DNA of 44,066 nt from Reclinomonas americana ATCC 50394 (GCA_048213135.1 PS015199.1:27316-71381); one strand, 5' to 3'. Counted from the stretch's first letter, positions 19,401 to 33,800 are shown. The notes: generated by a model from the sequence alone, not told the origin. Translations and numbers: made by a program.

Positions 19401-22400
19401 ATATGGAAATAGTGTTCGTGTGATCGACATGCTGGCGATGACGATTTCGACTCTGGCTGGCTCCCTAACCGCAGTAGCAGGATCAACTGATGCCACAGGA
19501 ACTGCGGCTCTTTTTAATAACCCTGTCGATATCCAACTTGATCGAGGGCGAGGCGTCCTCTACGTCTCTGATGTTGCGTGTTGCACTGAGATCGTTGCCA
19601 ATTGCGGCGTCAACTCATCACTCGAGATTTTACACAGACGAACAACAACACAATTCGTCAAATCGTTATTAGCACTGGTGTCGTCACAACCATAGCAGGT
19701 GCCGCCGGAGTAGCTGGATCGGCTGATGGGAGTCCACTTACGACTGCGCGGTTCGACAGTCCGGTGAGCGCTTATGATTCTTTCGCGAGCTTGTCAGAAG
19801 ACCTGCTTGCGTCTCAATTGCATCATATTGAACGCAGCATTACATGGCGTTCGATGCGGCGACGTCCGCCCTGTATTTTGCAGGTATGAGGTCGGTTGGT
19901 GGATTGTGAGTCTAGTGTGATGCTTACAGTGTTCTATCTTATCTTGCTCACAGAATTCAATAATTCAACCATTCGTCGTCTCACCATCGGCTCCACCACC
20001 GTCTCGGCCACCCCGGCCACCTCTGGCGTCGCCTCCAGCACCACCGTGACCGCGTCGCTGACATCACTCTCCGCCAGCTGGACGTACTACTACCGTGCCA
20101 TCTCCACCTCCACCGTGCCCAGCACTCTCACCGGCTCTACCATGTCCTTCTCCACCTCCAATTCCATGCCGACTGACGTGGTCTGCCCTGCCACGTATGT
20201 CGCGCCGTCAACGGCCAACGTGCCCGTGTGCACGATGAGTACGAGCGATGGTGACGGTGGCCAGTCGTACACGTATGTCATCACTGGAGGGGCGAGCAGC
20301 AATGTGTTCTCCCTGGGCGGAGGAGGCACACAGCTGCAGATCACCTTGGCGGGACAGTCGGGAAGTCCACTGGTCGTCACGGTTCGCTCGTTCGACAATG
20401 GCACACCTCCGATGTTCTTCGACAAGTCTTTCAGTGTGACGTCGGGTGAGTGGATGTTGGATTGGGAGTGCTGTTTGGTGTGGATGCTGACCTTGTCTTC
20501 CCGTCAGTGAACAATGCGCCAACGGCGGTGACACTGAGTACGAGCTCGTACTTTCCACCCAGCACGGTGGGACAGGCGATCGGCACGATGAGCACGAGTG
20601 ATGTGGACTCGCAGCAGTCGTTCACGTACTCGGTGGTGGGTGGTGCGAGCAGCGCATTGGTGACGATTGTGTCTGGCAATCAGCTGCAGTTTGCGAATGC
20701 GGGTGTGACGGTGTCGCTGGTGGTGATTGTGCGTACAACCGACAATGGCATTCCCGCCATGTCATTCGATCAGACCCTCAACATTGCTGGTGTGTGCGAT
20801 TGTGATTGCGTATGAGGTTGTGATTCACGATGATGCTGATTGCCTTTGTCACAAAACACAGCACCTGCTGTGGCATCTATGTCGGCCACCTTCGTGTCGG
20901 CACTGGCTGGCCAGTTGATAACACTGACGGGAACTGCGCTGGTAAACAACTCGGCCGATGCGTCGGCGTATGTGCTTGCCACTCCTCTCTGCGGCGCCAC
21001 AACACCACCGACTGCCGTGGCCAGCACCACCGTCAGCAGCACATTCGGCAGTGCGACCAGCATCACGCTGACGATCGGAGCGGCGGGTGCAGCTGGTGGA
21101 ACATACGAGCTGTGCACGCGATGGACGCCAGCCAACGCATATCTGGCTGTGTCTGCATTCGCGATCGGTGAGGAATGAGGGAAAGGGAGAATGCAGGGAG
21201 AAGTCGGCCTTTGTGTGTTTGTTTGTTTGTTTGTTTGTTTGTGGGTGTGCTGAGCTGTGCTTCTGTTCCTTCTTCTTTCCTTCTTCTTTGTCTATCTTGT
21301 TCTCTCTCTCTCTCCTCTCTCCCTCTCTCTCTTTTTGTATATACGTGCGTGCGTGTGTGTGTGTGTGTGTGCATTCGTGTGTTCGTGTGTTCGTGTGTGT
21401 GTGTTTGTATGTTTGTGTTTGTGATTGTTTGTGTGAGCTGAACCCAATTGTTGAACGATTGTGCAGGAAATGTGGCACCCAGCGACATTCTGCTGTCTGG
21501 TGCGCAGACGTATTCGAGTGCGGCAGTGCCATTCACCGTGGGCACACTGAGCATGGTGGATCTCAACACCGGACAGTCGCCGACATTCAGCATCGTGGGC
21601 GGCGTGCATGCGGGTCTGTTCAGTCTGGTTGGCGGCAATCAGCTGACCATCTCGGTAGCTCCGCCACTGAGTCGGCGACTGCAAGTGTTTGTGCAAGTGA
21701 GCGACGGGGCGCTGACATACACCAAGCAGTTTGCGATCGTCTATGGTGCGTGGGTGGGAGATGGGAGGGAGGGGAAGGAGAGGGAGAAGAGAGACGTTGA
21801 GAGAGTATGACCAAGGAAGACGAGCGGAGGATGTCTTGAGAGTGAAGAGGAAAGAGGAACAGGGGAAGGGAGAAGAAGAGAATGGGAGAGGGAACTGTCG
21901 TGTGAAGGAGTGGGTAAAGGACCAGGTGTAGATGTAAGCGGTGAACGGCGGAGAGTGGAGGTGTTGAGAAAGAAGTATGGGGTGAAGCGCAAGAGTGGAG
22001 GCTTTGAGAGAGATGAAGAGTTATGGGCAACGGTGAGGAGCAGGGCAGCGGTATCCTGGGGAAACAGGCATGCAGTGAGCGTCAGGAAGGCAGCAATGAC
22101 AAGAATTAATGGACAGGCTTTTGGTGGTGTGAGAGGTGAAGTAGCTGGTGGGGGGGGGGGGGGGGAAGGATGAAGTGCAGAGCTGCAGCGATGTCACGGG
22201 GAAACGAGAAAAGGCGACAAACCAGGAGCACACAAGGCAGCGACTTCAGAAGTTTGAGTTCAGACTTGGAGTGAAGCGAACATGGTCGTGAGTTGTGATG
22301 AGAGGGTGAAGCGTACAGGAGGTGATTTCGACGCCACTTTCAATGTCGTTCTTGCCCGTTTTCGGCTGTGCGGATCGTCCTTTCTCTCCACAGACGTGTG

Positions 22401-23290
22401 CTTGTCCTTGTTGATTCTCCCTCGCTCCCTTTCTTTTCACTCGGTTCGTGGTAGATATCATGCTCGGTGTGCACTGTGAGACACGGGAATGTGTGAGTGG
22501 TGCTGACGACGATTGCGGATGCTTGTGCAGCAACGAATGCTGGTTGTTCAACTGTGCAGAATGGAGTTGTGGCTCGTTGCGTTACTTGATTGCTCCAGGT
22601 TGCGCAATCCTCTGCGGTCTCACTCGCTCTCGCATCGAGCAGCTGCGTTGGAAGTGTGCCTGTTCGAGGCCGTGGATCGTCCTGGCGGCACGATCGTGGC
22701 TGTAATGGCCTCTCTTCCGAGTGAAGTGGGGTGTTGCGAACTGTGTGATCTGTACCCGCTGTGCCGATCGTGGACCTTTCTGGATGCTGCGGCGGCATCG
22801 AACACGTATGGTGTGAGTGTGTGCACGCTGAAGGCATGTGATTGGAAGGAGAGAGTTCGTGAGGAGGTGACCGACTCACCTCCCTGTTGCTCACAGAGCA
22901 CCGTGCCAGCGACAGCAGCCAATGCAGAGACGAGCAACGTGTGTGGCTCGCATTTCTGCTTGGTGTCGGGGCGCAAGACGAGTGCGGCGGCGTACGACAG
23001 CAGCGGCTTCCAGACGAGCACGGGTGAGTCCTCGCAGAGAAAAGAGATGAGGGAGAGATCTGTGACTGACATTGTATGCAGACCGACCTGGCGGCGATCT
23101 CTCGTGGGCCATCAAGACGACGACCGGACCACAAGCATGCTCGCTGTGGTGCTCACAGCTGACCGCCTGCGGCTCGTGGACATTCACGGCGTCGACGAAG
23201 CAGTGTGTGCCGAAGAGTGGCGTGGTAGCGACGTCGACGGCGACCGCGTGTGCCACGAGTGGCGATTGCACGTCGGGGTTGAAGATTTGA
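15677..23290 (+). CDS. Large secreted FN3-like/NHL/cadherin-like/PAN protein, tandem copy 2
   Basis: Exon-by-exon colinear paralogue of 7050-15569, from MRALIAVALLVHLLCLSRTGSA to CTSGLKI* (23290), with the same intron positions. One intron has a GC donor (22834). Confidence 0.88.
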
Positions 23291-23327
23291 GGGAAGCGTT
23301 TGCGTGATGCCATTCATCGGCTTGGCG

Positions 23328-23970
23328 GAGAAGCACAGAAGTGTCGAATACATGATGGACCACAAGCCCATGCAATTTGAGTCTCAGGAGATGACGATGA
23401 CCAAGCGCGAAGGTTCAGCAACAGTGGACGAGCAGAGAAGCACAGAAGAGGCGATTCATGCAATTCATCGACATTGAGTCTCAGAAGATGACGAAGACAG
23501 TCTCGCATGAGCAGTTGCGAAGGTACAGCAACAGTGGACGAGCAGTGAAGCACAGAAGCTTCGAAGAATACATGTCACCATACAGGACGTCAACACTCAT
23601 GCAATTCATCGGCATTGAGTCTCAGAAGATGACAATGACAGTCTCGCACGAGCAATCGCGAAGGTATAGTAGCAGTGGCGCGCATATATGAGCAGAAAAG
23701 CACAGAAGCGTCGACATGTCGAAGAATACACGTCACTTACAGGACCTCATGCAATTCATCGACACTGGAGCCTCACGCGACTACAATGTCAGCCTCCAGC
23801 TCAGAAGACGACGATGACGAGCCCACCAGTGAACGCATCTCTCCTCGTCGTCCACATGGCCAAGGCGCCCGAGGCAGTGCAGCTGGTGGCATGATCGTGG
23901 TCTCGCCAGAGGCATACGCGCGCGCAGCAGTCTCGCATGAGCAGTCGCGAAGGCACAGCAATAGTGGCAA
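23328..23970. repeat. Degenerate ~140-150-bp tandem repeat running into an N gap
   Basis: CATGCAATTCATCGACATTGAGTCTCAGAAGATGACG...GCGAAGGTACAGCAACAGTGG...GAAGCACAGAAG recurs near 23369, 23457, 23598 and 23748, with a partial copy near 23930. Confidence 0.85.
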
Positions 23971-25348
23971 NNNNNNNNNNNNNNNNNNNNNNNNNNNNNN
24001 NNNNNNNNNNNNNNNNNNNNNNNNNNNNNNNNNNNNNNNNNNNNNNNNNNNNNNNNNNNNNNNNNNNNNNNNNNNNNNNNNNNNNNNNNNNNNNNNNNNN
24101 NNNNNNNNNNNNNNNNNNNNNNNNNNNNNNNNNNNNNNNNNNNNNNNNNNNNNNNNNNNNNNNNNNNNNNNNNNNNNNNNNNNNNNNNNNNNNNNNNNNN
24201 NNNNNNNNNNNNNNNNNNNNNNNNNNNNNNNNNNNNNNNNNNNNNNNNNNNNNNNNNNNNNNNNNNNNNNNNNNNNNNNNNNNNNNNNNNNNNNNNNNNN
24301 NNNNNNNNNNNNNNNNNNNNNNNNNNNNNNNNNNNNNNNNNNNNNNNNNNNNNNNNNNNNNNNNNNNNNNNNNNNNNNNNNNNNNNNNNNNNNNNNNNNN
24401 NNNNNNNNNNNNNNNNNNNNNNNNNNNNNNNNNNNNNNNNNNNNNNNNNNNNNNNNNNNNNNNNNNNNNNNNNNNNNNNNNNNNNNNNNNNNNNNNNNNN
24501 NNNNNNNNNNNNNNNNNNNNNNNNNNNNNNNNNNNNNNNNNNNNNNNNNNNNNNNNNNNNNNNNNNNNNNNNNNNNNNNNNNNNNNNNNNNNNNNNNNNN
24601 NNNNNNNNNNNNNNNNNNNNNNNNNNNNNNNNNNNNNNNNNNNNNNNNNNNNNNNNNNNNNNNNNNNNNNNNNNNNNNNNNNNNNNNNNNNNNNNNNNNN
24701 NNNNNNNNNNNNNNNNNNNNNNNNNNNNNNNNNNNNNNNNNNNNNNNNNNNNNNNNNNNNNCCTGGCTGTCACTTTCCGTCACCGTCTCTTTGTTTCTTG
24801 CGTTGTTCGTTTCTCTTCCTGTTGTCTGCTGCTCTGGCGTGCCTGTCTCTGTCGCTCTCCCTGCGTGTGTCCCTCCTGTCTCTTTCTTTCTTCCTCTCCG
24901 TCTCTCTCGCATGGATCGTGCAGAAAGCAGAAAGCAATGTACGATCAATGCAAGAAAGAAATAGGGAAGAGAGAGAAGTATTCAGAAAAGGAAGGCGCCT
25001 CTCGCTCTCCTTTTTTGTCTGCTGCAGTATGTCTCGTTCTCTCTCTCTCTCTCTCCTTCTTCCCGTCATTCGCTGTCTGGCTGATCTCCTGTTGTCTCGT
25101 TCTCTCTGCTTCTCTCTTTTTTGAATGTTTGCTTGTTAGCTGCACGCTCCTCGCTTTCTTTCTCCCATTATCTTTCTCTCCCTCTCCCTCCACTCACCGT
25201 GTCGTCATCGATCAGCCTCTTGCATCCTTTCTTTCGTGCTGTGCATGCAACCTGCGTTATCGACTTCACGAATCGTCTTTCCCTGTGATTTCATCTTGTT
25301 ATCGCGCTCGCTCACCTCTTTAATTTCAATCCTCCCTTCTGCACGCAG

Positions 25349-28300
25349 ATGTACTGCTGCTGTGGATACTGCCGCAAGGACGACGTTGCGTGTTGACTTC
25401 ACCCACGCCCACTTCCGTCTCGTGCTCACTCTCGCTGTCGCAGTGCTGCTCCTGCTTGTGCTGCTGCCTCTGCAAATCCATGTTCTGCCCGCTGATGTGG
25501 CCCTGCTATTGTTGCGTCCCTTATCCCGTGATTGTGGCGCTTGCATGTAACTAATTCTTTGCCGACATCTAGGTTGTTGGGCGAGTACGTTGCGTCGATC
25601 GATTTCTCTGCCTCTCTGTGCTCGTTGGTTGTTCACCTCTTACTCTGTGTGGCGCAGCGTTCGCAAGGCGCAGAGTGAAGAGGCCACAGCCAAGGAGACT
25701 GCCGTCCAGCGCAATGAAGCCGCCTACGCAGCGTGGACACGCAACAAGGATCAGCGACGGAGAGAGCGAGGTACTTTGGCGTCGCAACCACATCGTTTCT
25801 ATGAATGTTGTTGCTCACCTGCCTTGCAATACAGCCGCCGCCGCCGATGGCACGGGGGTCGCGTCTGCCGCAATGCCGCAGACAGTGCCCATGAGCGGTC
25901 ATCAGGTTTGTCGTCTCTTCACTCTATTTGTCTCTTTCTCTGCCCCGCAGTCGCCTTCCTGGTTACCTGTTTTCACATGTCTGTGCACTCAGTGTCGCAA
26001 GCACGTCTCCTCTCTACGGAGAGCGCTCACTTTGTCTTCATACGCAGGAAGTGGAGCTTCGTGACTTGCCCAGTCGTCAGGTGACGCCGATTGAGTGTGA
26101 TTCGATATGCATCCTGCATCTCACACACCTCTTGCAGGCTGCGCAGGCACCGGCAGCACTGTATCGAGTTGCGCTTGCCGATTCCACCGACAATCCACCT
26201 GTCTGCGTTGCTCACCCATGCGCTGTTAGGGATCCGCCCCCGAAGCATCGCCGTCTCATTACGGAGTTTCGCTCCGTGTTCAAGTTCACGTTCACTCCCT
26301 GTCGCTCACCTTCACTTGCAGAATGGTGCCGCCGATGGCGCTGGTCGGTCACCTCTGCACCAAGTTGCGCACGCAGGAGAAGAAGAATATGAAGAAGACC
26401 AAGATAGAAGGGAGCAGAGGTAACAGTGAGGAGAAGAAACGCAAGAGGAATAAGAAGTAGACCGGGAGGGCGATCTGTTCTCCTGTTGCTGATTATTCGC
26501 CGACGCTGCAGAATGGTGCCGTCGAGCCACTCCATCGCTCGCTAGTTGCGTGTTTCTGTGTTTTTACCTCCTCATCTTGGTGTCTCACACTCTATCCGCT
26601 GCAGGACCCAAGGTTGTGCGCATGTTGTGGACTTTGCCTTGTTTACCATATCGCCTCACTTCACTCTTTCGCACAGCATGCCGCGCTCTGTTGCCGATGC
26701 CAGCCAAGTTCTGTCACCCTTCCTGTTCTCTCCAATCCCTTCAATCTCTCACGCCCATGTTGCTGCAGATCTACTTGCAAGAAGAGCCAGAACTGGTTCG
26801 TCGTCACGCACACATGCTCTTCACCCCCCGGTCACTCACTTCCCCCTCGCAGTCTGGCATGCAGTCTCCCGTGTATCACTCGCAGCACCTCTCGGTACCA
26901 AATTCACGGCCAGGCACGCACGACGCCTCCGGACGCCCCATGTCGCTGGCCGACATGGAGGACGCGCTGCGACGCGACACGCCGCCCATCTCACCCGTGT
27001 CGGCATTGGCTGGTGCGTGGCGCGCGAATGCACAATGGCGGCCCTGCTTGTGGTACTCATTCATCGAAAATTGGCAGCCTCGTCCCCGTCGCGAGCCATG
27101 GTCGGCGGCTCGCCCTCGTCGTACGCCTCAGTGCGACAAAACTCGGCCAGCTTCCTCGCTCCACCGTCACCATCGTCAGCTCCTCCGGCGCCTGGAAGCC
27201 GACAGTCGCGTTCGCCGCAGGTGTCGGACGACGATGACCAGGACTTGCCAGAACCTCCGCCACCGCTGAGACCACCACCATGTGCGTGAGGCGATTACGG
27301 GCTCTCACAGTTCGAAGAATAAGACGAAGAACAAGAACAAGGAGGAGGAGGAGGAGGAAGAGGAAGAGGACTCTGCCTGTTTGCATCATCTTGCCCGTTC
27401 CTTATTCGTCTTGTCTTCTGACACCTTCCTTCTTTCCTTCCTTCTCATTTCTCTCACTCGTTGCTTCCTTCTTCTATCTCTTCGCTTCCTTGTCGGCTTC
27501 CAAGTCTACTCTTCTACACCNNNNNNNNNNNNNNNNNNNNNNNNNNNNNNNNNNNNNNNNNNNNNNNNNNNNNNNNNNNNNNNNNNNNNNNNNNNNNNNN
27601 NNNNNNNNNNNNNNNNNNNNNNNNNNNNNNNNNNNNNNNNNNNNNNNNNNNNNNNNNNNNNNNNNNNNNNNNNNNNNNNNNNNNNNNNNNNNNNNNNNNN
27701 NNNNNNNNNNNNNNNNNNNNNNNNNNNNNNNNNNNNNNNNNNNNNNNNNNNNNNNNNNNNNNNNNNNNNNNNNNNNNNNNNNNNNNNNNNNNNNNNNNNN
27801 NNNNNNNNNNNNNNNNNNNNNNNNNNNNNNNNNNNNNNNNNNNNNNNNNNNNNNNNNNNNNNNNNNNNNNNNNNNNNNNNNNNNNNNNNNNNNNNNNNNN
27901 NNNNNNNNNNNNNNNNNNNNNNNNNNNNNNNNNNNNNNNNNNNNNNNNNNNNNNNNNNNNNNNNNNNNNNNNNNNNNNNNNNNNNNNNNNNNNNNNNNTC
28001 TCTCTCTGTGTGTGTGTGTGTCTTCTTTCAATTGTTGTTTCGTTCTTTATGTTTCGTGTATCCTTTCATTCTTGGTGTCCATCTCTCCGATTTTCCTTTC
28101 TCTTGTCTCTAATTTCCCTTTCTTTTCACTCCCGCACTCTATCCGTCTCCTTTCAATCGTTCTTTCGTTCTTCAAATATTTTTCATGCATCCTCTCAATC
28201 TTGGTGTCCATCTTTCTCTCAATTTCTCGCTTTTCCGTGTTTCTCTCTCCCTCATTAATTCTCAATCTGTTCCTTCCTTTCAATCGGGTCTCAGTTTCTC

Positions 28301-30586
28301 TCTCCCTTCTCTCATTTTGTCGTACTTTTCCCTTCACATTTGCTTTTTCCTTGTCTTACCGCCCTCTCTCTCATGCTCTCCTCTTTTCCCCAGTCACTCA
28401 CCCTTTCTTCCCCCTTCGCCTCCCAGCGACTGTCGCCGACTTGTACCCACCCCTGCCAGTCGTGGTCAGCCCCACTTCCTCCGCTGCCATCGCCGCCGCT
28501 GGAATGGCCAGTCCTCACCGCCGCGAGTTTTCCGTGTCACCGTATGTCGCCGCTCTGCCCGTATTTGCATCTCCCCAATTCTCACCCTCGTTTCACCAAT
28601 GCAGCATGTATGGCCGGCGCATGTTGGGTCAGCTCGAGAGCCTGGAGGAGGTATCAGCGCCATGAATCATTCATGCCCTCATCGTTTGCTCATACACTGT
28701 GTAACAGGCGGCGTTCTCCACTGCGACGCTGCTGCGTGACGACCTTGTCGCTGTGGTGCTCACCGACGAGACATTGGCTTCTCTCTGCCGTTGCGTCTAT
28801 CATCGTTTCAGCTGATCAATGCTGCTTTGCTGACTTGCTGGCTGTAGGAGACGACCTCATTAGCCGCCTCTTCCGTACTCGCATTTTCGTTGCTCTGGAG
28901 ACCGCGGGCACGGTGGAGGTCGCGCATCGCGTCCTCTACTGCCTGCAGCGCGCCTTTGGCAATGTGGTGGATCATCCGTCGGACCAGCGGTATCGCCACC
29001 TGCGAATGAGCAATGCTCTTGTGGCGCAGAATTTGGTGGCCGTGCGAGGTTCGCCTCGGTGGATTTGTCGCCTGTTCGTGCGAATTCTCACTTTCTCTCC
29101 CCTATCACAGGTGTTGTTGACTTGCTAAAAGTGGGCGGTTTTGTGGAGCAGGATATCGAAGGCCACGCAACCTTGGTGTTGCAGTCGAGCACTGGTTTGT
29201 CTCGTCTCGTCCCTCCTTCGCTTGGCACTTTCTCACCCGCTGTTGCAGCCGGTGCCGCATGCCCGCAACGCATGTGCCTCATCCACTTGCTGTCGCTGTA
29301 CCTCGAGGATCTAAGCCTCGTGCTCAGCCGCCTGCCGTTGACCGCCCCCTTTGTCGCTCTGTATGCTTTCCACCCGTTGCTGCTTGATTTCAATGGTACT
29401 TTGAGAAAGAACAGACCGCGAGAGACTCTGTGCGTGTGTGTGTGAGAGACAAGACAAGAGACAGTCAGAGAATGTGAGAGTTAGTGCATCCGAGAACGTG
29501 TCTCAGAGAGAGATTAAGACACGCGCACCCTCTCTCCCTCGCACTCACGCACACTGTCTCCTTCCCTCTCTGACGCCTCACTTGCAGACAACCGCTCTTT
29601 CTTGCCTTTCCCTCCCTTGTACTCACCGCGTTGTCGTCGCAGAATGGCTCTCGGCGGACACTGCCACCCTGGAAGAGGTGTGCGACTTGACTGCGTCGCT
29701 GTGTTTGATGAGCTCGCTGACTTGTTTTTCACAGGTCCTCGTCGCTCCAGCGGCACCTCCATCCCCACCGCCACCTCCCCCGCCTCCCCCGCCCTTTGTG
29801 CCCGCCGATCCGCTTCCTCCACCACCACCCTACAGCGAAGACGCACCGCTGGCCCACGCCGGCGTGTTACCGCCCCCGCCAGTGGCCGTCGCGCGCAATG
29901 TGCGCTTCACGTTCTTGATGGCGCACTCGGGGCAGGAGATGCAGGTGGAGATGCCGTCGAATGCCCCGGTTGCGGTGGGTGGTTTTTTAGACGACAATGA
30001 GTAGTAGAGCTGCTCATGACCATCACCTTCTCCATACACAGGCCCTGTACGACCACTGGCAGCAACAGGCGCCACAGGCGCGAGGTTTTGGTGATTTTGA
30101 GTTGTATACGCTGGGTCGGCGGCAAAAGTCGACCATGCGGCCGTTGTCGCCGCTGCGTGATCTCAGTGTGGAGGTGGCAGTTGCGTGCAAGAGGGGCAAG
30201 TAGAGGGAAAGTAGAAAAGGGAAGGATGGAGAAAGGGGAAGAGAAGGAGAAGAAAGGAGAAAGAAAAGAAGAGAAATGAATGACTGGGAAGAGAGAGTGA
30301 GAAAGGAAGAAGAAGTGAGGAAAGATAGAGGAGACGGAAGAGAAAGGAAGAGAGGAGAAAACGAGAAGGGGTGGAGAGAGAAGAAGGCAGAAGAAAGACA
30401 GACAGTCTCTCACTATCTCAAATACAGTCAATCCTCTGCGATTTGGGTTGCACTGCAGCCTCATTCCCTCTGCTCCTCACCCTTCTCCTCCTTTGCCCCT
30501 TTTCCCCCCTTCACTTCCCCCTTCCGCAGGACCTCAACGGCGGCGTGGTCGTGGTACACGGCGAACCCATCCGACAACCCCAATGA
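25349..30586 (+). CDS. PUB-domain + C-terminal UBX/ubiquitin-like protein (p97/Cdc48 cofactor-like) with Cys-rich N-terminus; 5' start uncertain
   Basis: About 22 small exons splice in frame. They encode MYCCCGYCRKDD|CCSCLCCCLCKSMFCPLMWPCYCCWAS, a Pro/Ser-rich linker, the PUB motif AFGNVVDHPSDQRYRHLRMSNALVAQNLVAVRGVVDLLKVGGF (~28950-29143), a poly-Pro tract, and the UBX-like RNVRFTFLMAHSGQEMQVEMPSNAPVAALYDHW...FELYT...DLNGGVVVV, ending at TGA 30584-30586. Confidence 0.75.
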
Positions 30587-30861
30587 AAATTAAAATCCAT
30601 CTCACTGCATGTGGTATGAACATTCCAACACATCAATACACACACATTTCCGTTTCCGTCGCAGACACACCACCACCACCACCTCCTCCACCATGACACG
30701 CACAAGAAAAAATTGCCGTTTCCAAAACGACCAGCGCAGACAAGGGAGAGAGAAGGGGAGGGAGTGACTGTCACACTTCAACCAACTACCATCCGCCAGC
30801 ACATACAACATAGAGGGATCAAAAAACAAACTAACTTTGACAACAACAACAACAACAACAA

Positions 30862-33800
30862 TCAAGAGGGAATGACCGACATCTTGCCCTTGATGTATGT
30901 GCGACAAATCGGACATATCGTCAACTTGTAGGCACACTTGGAGCACACGCACAGGTGCGAGCACGGTTGAAGAATGGTATCGATCCGCATGTCGTAACAG
31001 ACCTGCATAAATCCCAGAGTGAGCACACAACCAAGGATGATACTCCGTGTCCGCCCCCTCCACACCCCGCACACCTTGCACATCCACGAGTCCGCCAGCT
31101 CCTGCTTCTCTCTTTCCAGCGCCACCACTCTCTTCTTCTCTGCCTCCCGCTTGGCATCGGCAGTACGTGCCAGCGCCGCATGCAACTCCCGTTCCACCTC
31201 CTCCAACTCGGCCATCTCCATGCCATTGAAGTCCACACACGAGAGGCGTGAGAGCTTGGCGCGAATGCCATCCGTCTCCTTTCGTTGTGCCTCCAATGCC
31301 AGCTGCAGCTCGCGTGCCTGTTCGACAAAAGGGGGGTGAGCGTGAGGAAGGGTAAAGGAGGCACAAGGCGAGAGAGGGAGAGAGAAGAAGAGAGATTGAC
31401 GGGCAGGAAGAATAAGAGACACGAGGGGGAGAGGCCGCGGAAGGGAGACAGGAGACGGAAGAGACCACGAGTCCACTGACAACTGCACAGAACGCACACC
31501 ACAGATAAGGAGAGAGAGAGAGACATGCACAGTCTGGCCGAGTGAGAATCTCCAATTTACACGAGCACGAAACTTGACGCTCTGCCTCGCGCTTTTGCCT
31601 CTCCAGCTCCACATTGCGCGCGTACAGGCCCTGCACCTCCAGCTCGTACCGCCCAATGCGGTGCAGGTATCCCAGTTCGTTGTTGGCGTGTACGGAGACG
31701 TTCTGCTCCGTTCCCGCCGCCGCCGCACCACCGGCCATCATGGTGCTGGGTGGTGGCGAGAGGCCTGAGGCGGAGGAGGCGCGTTCGAGGATGGAGCTGG
31801 AGGGGCCTGCGTCGCCTCCGATGTGGTCGGCGTGGCGCTGAGCGGGAAGGATACGGTGAGGGGAAGGGGTATTGGGGGGAAGGAGGAGAGGGAGAAGGAG
31901 AAGGGGAGGGGGATTAAAGGGGGAAGGGAAAGGGAGGAGGAAGAGGGGAAGGAGGAGGAGGAGGGGAAGGAGGAGGAGGAGGGGAAGGAGGAGGAGGAGG
32001 GGAAGGAGGAGGAGGAGGGGAAGGAGGAGTCGGGGGAAGAGCGAAGGGGGAATAGCGAAGGGGAAGACAGTGGGGGAAGAGCAGTGGGGGAAGACGAGGG
32101 GGAAAGACGAGGGGAAAGACGAGGGGGAAGGCGAAGGAGGAAGAAGTGGAGAGGGAAGGCACGTGCTGTACGGCCAAGGCGGATGTACGGTACAGCGAGG
32201 GAGGTGGCAGTTGCGNNNNNNNNNNNNNNNNNNNNNNNNNNNNNNNNNAGAATGGAGAAGAGATAGAGGAAGAGAATGGAGAAGAGAGTAGGGAAAGAAT
32301 GGAGAAGAGAGTGGGGAGAGATGGGAAGACATGGAGAAGAGAAGGGGAAGAGAAGGGGAAGAGGGGGGAAGAGAAAGGGGAAGGAAGAGGGAGGAAGAGT
32401 GACGGGAAGAGAAAGGGGAAGAGTGAGGAGAAAGTGAGTGGGGGATGACCAAGAAGGGAAGGAACAGAGAAGTGAGAAGGACAAGATTCTACTGCGAGGC
32501 ATGTGGCAATGCGAGGGGAACAAGAAGCAGACTCGAATTTTCGTCCCATGCCCAGCCATCGTCGTCCAGTACACAACACTCTCTCCCCGCTCCGATCCTT
32601 GACCCCCGGACTCACCATGCTAATAATGACCAGTGAATTATCCTCCTCCTTGGCGAGAAACTCGGCGGGTGGCGAGTGGAACTTGGCGGCCAGCTTCTTG
32701 TGGCGAATCTCCACACCTTCGGGTCGGTGTTGCCACAAGTCGCGCTGCACGCCGCTGGAGGTGACCATTACGTGTTCCTCCTCGGTGAGGACGCGGTACT
32801 CGATGAGGAACTTGTCTTTTGACTCGGACGCGTCAAAGGGTCCGTCGGGTGGGTGCAGAGTGACTGCGAGGGTGGCGTGAGAAAAAAAGAGAAGAGAGTA
32901 GTGAAAAAGAGAAAGACGCAACTGACGATATCTTGGTGCTCGCCGCCGAATACAATGCCGTTGCGTGGTCGTACCGTGTAGCGTGTGGGAGCCGTGGTCT
33001 TGACTTTGTAGGTGAGGACAGTGTCGTCGCGAAGGTTGTGCAGCTTGAGGACGTTGGAGATGCGACGGCCGTTGTCGAAGGGGGCTGCAGAGAGGGGAAA
33101 GGGGACGATGAGGGGAGGAAAGGGGAAGGGGGGAAGGGGGAAGGGGAGGGGAAGATGAGGGGAGGATGAGGGGAGGGCAAGGGGAAGAGGAAGGGGGGAG
33201 AAAGGGGAAGGGTGAGCGAGTGGGAGACAAGAAGCGCATATAAAAGTGGAGAACAAGACGATCCATTACACAATAACAGTGGCTGAGCGTATTCGAAATG
33301 AGGACGATATCTGAGAGAAAGGTGACTCTAGACTGCAAAGTAAGCGAATGAAAGGATGCGAGAGGCACTAAGATGAGTATGGCACCTCCTGAAGGATAGG
33401 GAGAGAGGAGAGGAGTAGGAGACAGAGGAGAGAGGAGACAGAGAACAGGGAATAGAGTGCGTGAAATCCACAAAGTGGAGTTGTCAAAGGACCCTCTTGC
33501 AGAGGAGAGAAGGTGCACAACTCACACTCACTACCATCTCTCTCGCACACGAAGAGAAAGCCAATAAGGAGCATAGAGAGTAGTGGCTCAACTCACTGTG
33601 CAAATTATCACAGAACGAGTTGTCGAAGATGACCCAGAGACACAGGGAGAGAGAGACAGACGGTGCACAACTCACACTCACAACTCTCTCTCTCTCTCTC
33701 ACACACACCAACGCAAAGATACAGAAACGAGTGAGAGCAAGAGCTCAACTGATCGCGCAATCATCACACAAGAGAGTTGTCAAAGAAAGCAAAGAGAGAG

